DNA of 35,795 bases from a virus: UHGV virus genome UHGV-0238106; one strand, given 5' to 3'. Position 1 is the stretch's first letter, and each line of letters opens with the position of its first letter. Below the pieces are notes generated by a model. That model ran no database searches. It saw only the letters and a program-made list of their open reading frames with translations, and was not told the origin of the DNA. The position numbers and the translations under genes are program-made. This document shows positions 35,393 to 35,795 of this stretch, piece after piece.

Positions 35393-35731
35393 TTATTTTA
35401 AATTTACATAATCATTAATGGCGTCAATAGCTTCATTTGCACCATAACAAACTAACGCTAAATATCCTGCACCATTTAAATATTCGAGCCATCTCTTTTG
35501 GTTTTCTGTTGGTTTATTTTTACCGTATTTCATTTCGATAAATAATCCATGATATTTTTTATTTGGAATCGGGAAACATAAATCAGGAACGCCTGGAGAA
35601 ACTCCTTGGCGCTTTAAGTTTATAGCTTCAATTTTATTCCTACTTCCACCATTTGGAATATGAAACACTAATATTTTTCTAAGATTGCAATATTGTATGA
35701 CTTTCGCTTGTTCTATTGATTCGTATTGCAA
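35393..35731 (-). CDS. VRR-NUC domain nuclease (putative Holliday junction resolvase)
   Basis: ESIEQ...FHIPNGGSR..IEA..LKRQGV.PGVPDL...GLFIEMK.GKNKPTENQ..W. Confidence 0.9.
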   Translation of the reverse strand: MQYESIEQAKVIQYCNLRKILVFHIPNGGSRNKIEAINLKRQGVSPGVPDLCFPIPNKKYHGLFIEMKYGKNKPTENQKRWLEYLNGAGYLALVCYGANEAIDAINDYVNLK

Positions 35732-35742
35732 AATATCACCCG

Positions 35743-35795
35743 CTAGATTTTTAAAACTTGACCTATAAATATTTTATTTTTATCTGCAATACCGT
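35743..35795 (-). CDS. Endolysin LysM C-terminus (joined to 733..1 across the window ends)
   Basis: Reading across the junction gives ...RIASI-NGIADKNKIFIGQVLKI* in frame (733+53=786 nt, 261 aa), a canonical LysM ending. Confidence 0.92.
   Translation of the reverse strand, partial: GIADKNKIFIGQVLKI

Noticed and set aside
1..35795. Stop-codon reassignment (alternative genetic code)
   Set aside because: Genes are full length and densely packed under code 11, and TAA, TAG and TGA all terminate plausible genes.

Overview
The window appears to be a complete, circularly permuted 35,795-bp genome of an AT-rich tailed phage (siphovirus-type) of a Firmicutes/Clostridia-like host. Joining base 1 to base 35795 restores the endolysin LysM domain in frame. 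It carries an A118/SPP1-like packaging, head and tail operon on the minus strand (32.5 kb to 15 kb), a recombination module (DUF1351, RecT/Bet, MBL hydrolase), a RelBE-type toxin-antitoxin pair, two replication initiators that each contain internal iterons, and two tandem BspA-type LRR genes. I recognise no integrase or CI-type repressor. The most notable features are: (1) a ~490-nt highly base-paired non-coding RNA with its own promoter and terminator (3850-4343, minus); (2) a 320-nt group I intron in the major capsid gene; (3) a GGGGGAA slippery site plus H-type pseudoknot that predicts a -1 frameshift extension of that capsid protein; (4) a minor-capsid gene split into two separately translated halves 12 kb apart; (5) a six-gene Cys-rich module of unknown function at the end of the late operon; (6) two replication operons preceded by architecturally matching pseudoknot/attenuator leaders. 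All calls come from reading the sequence and recalling protein and RNA families; no searches were run.
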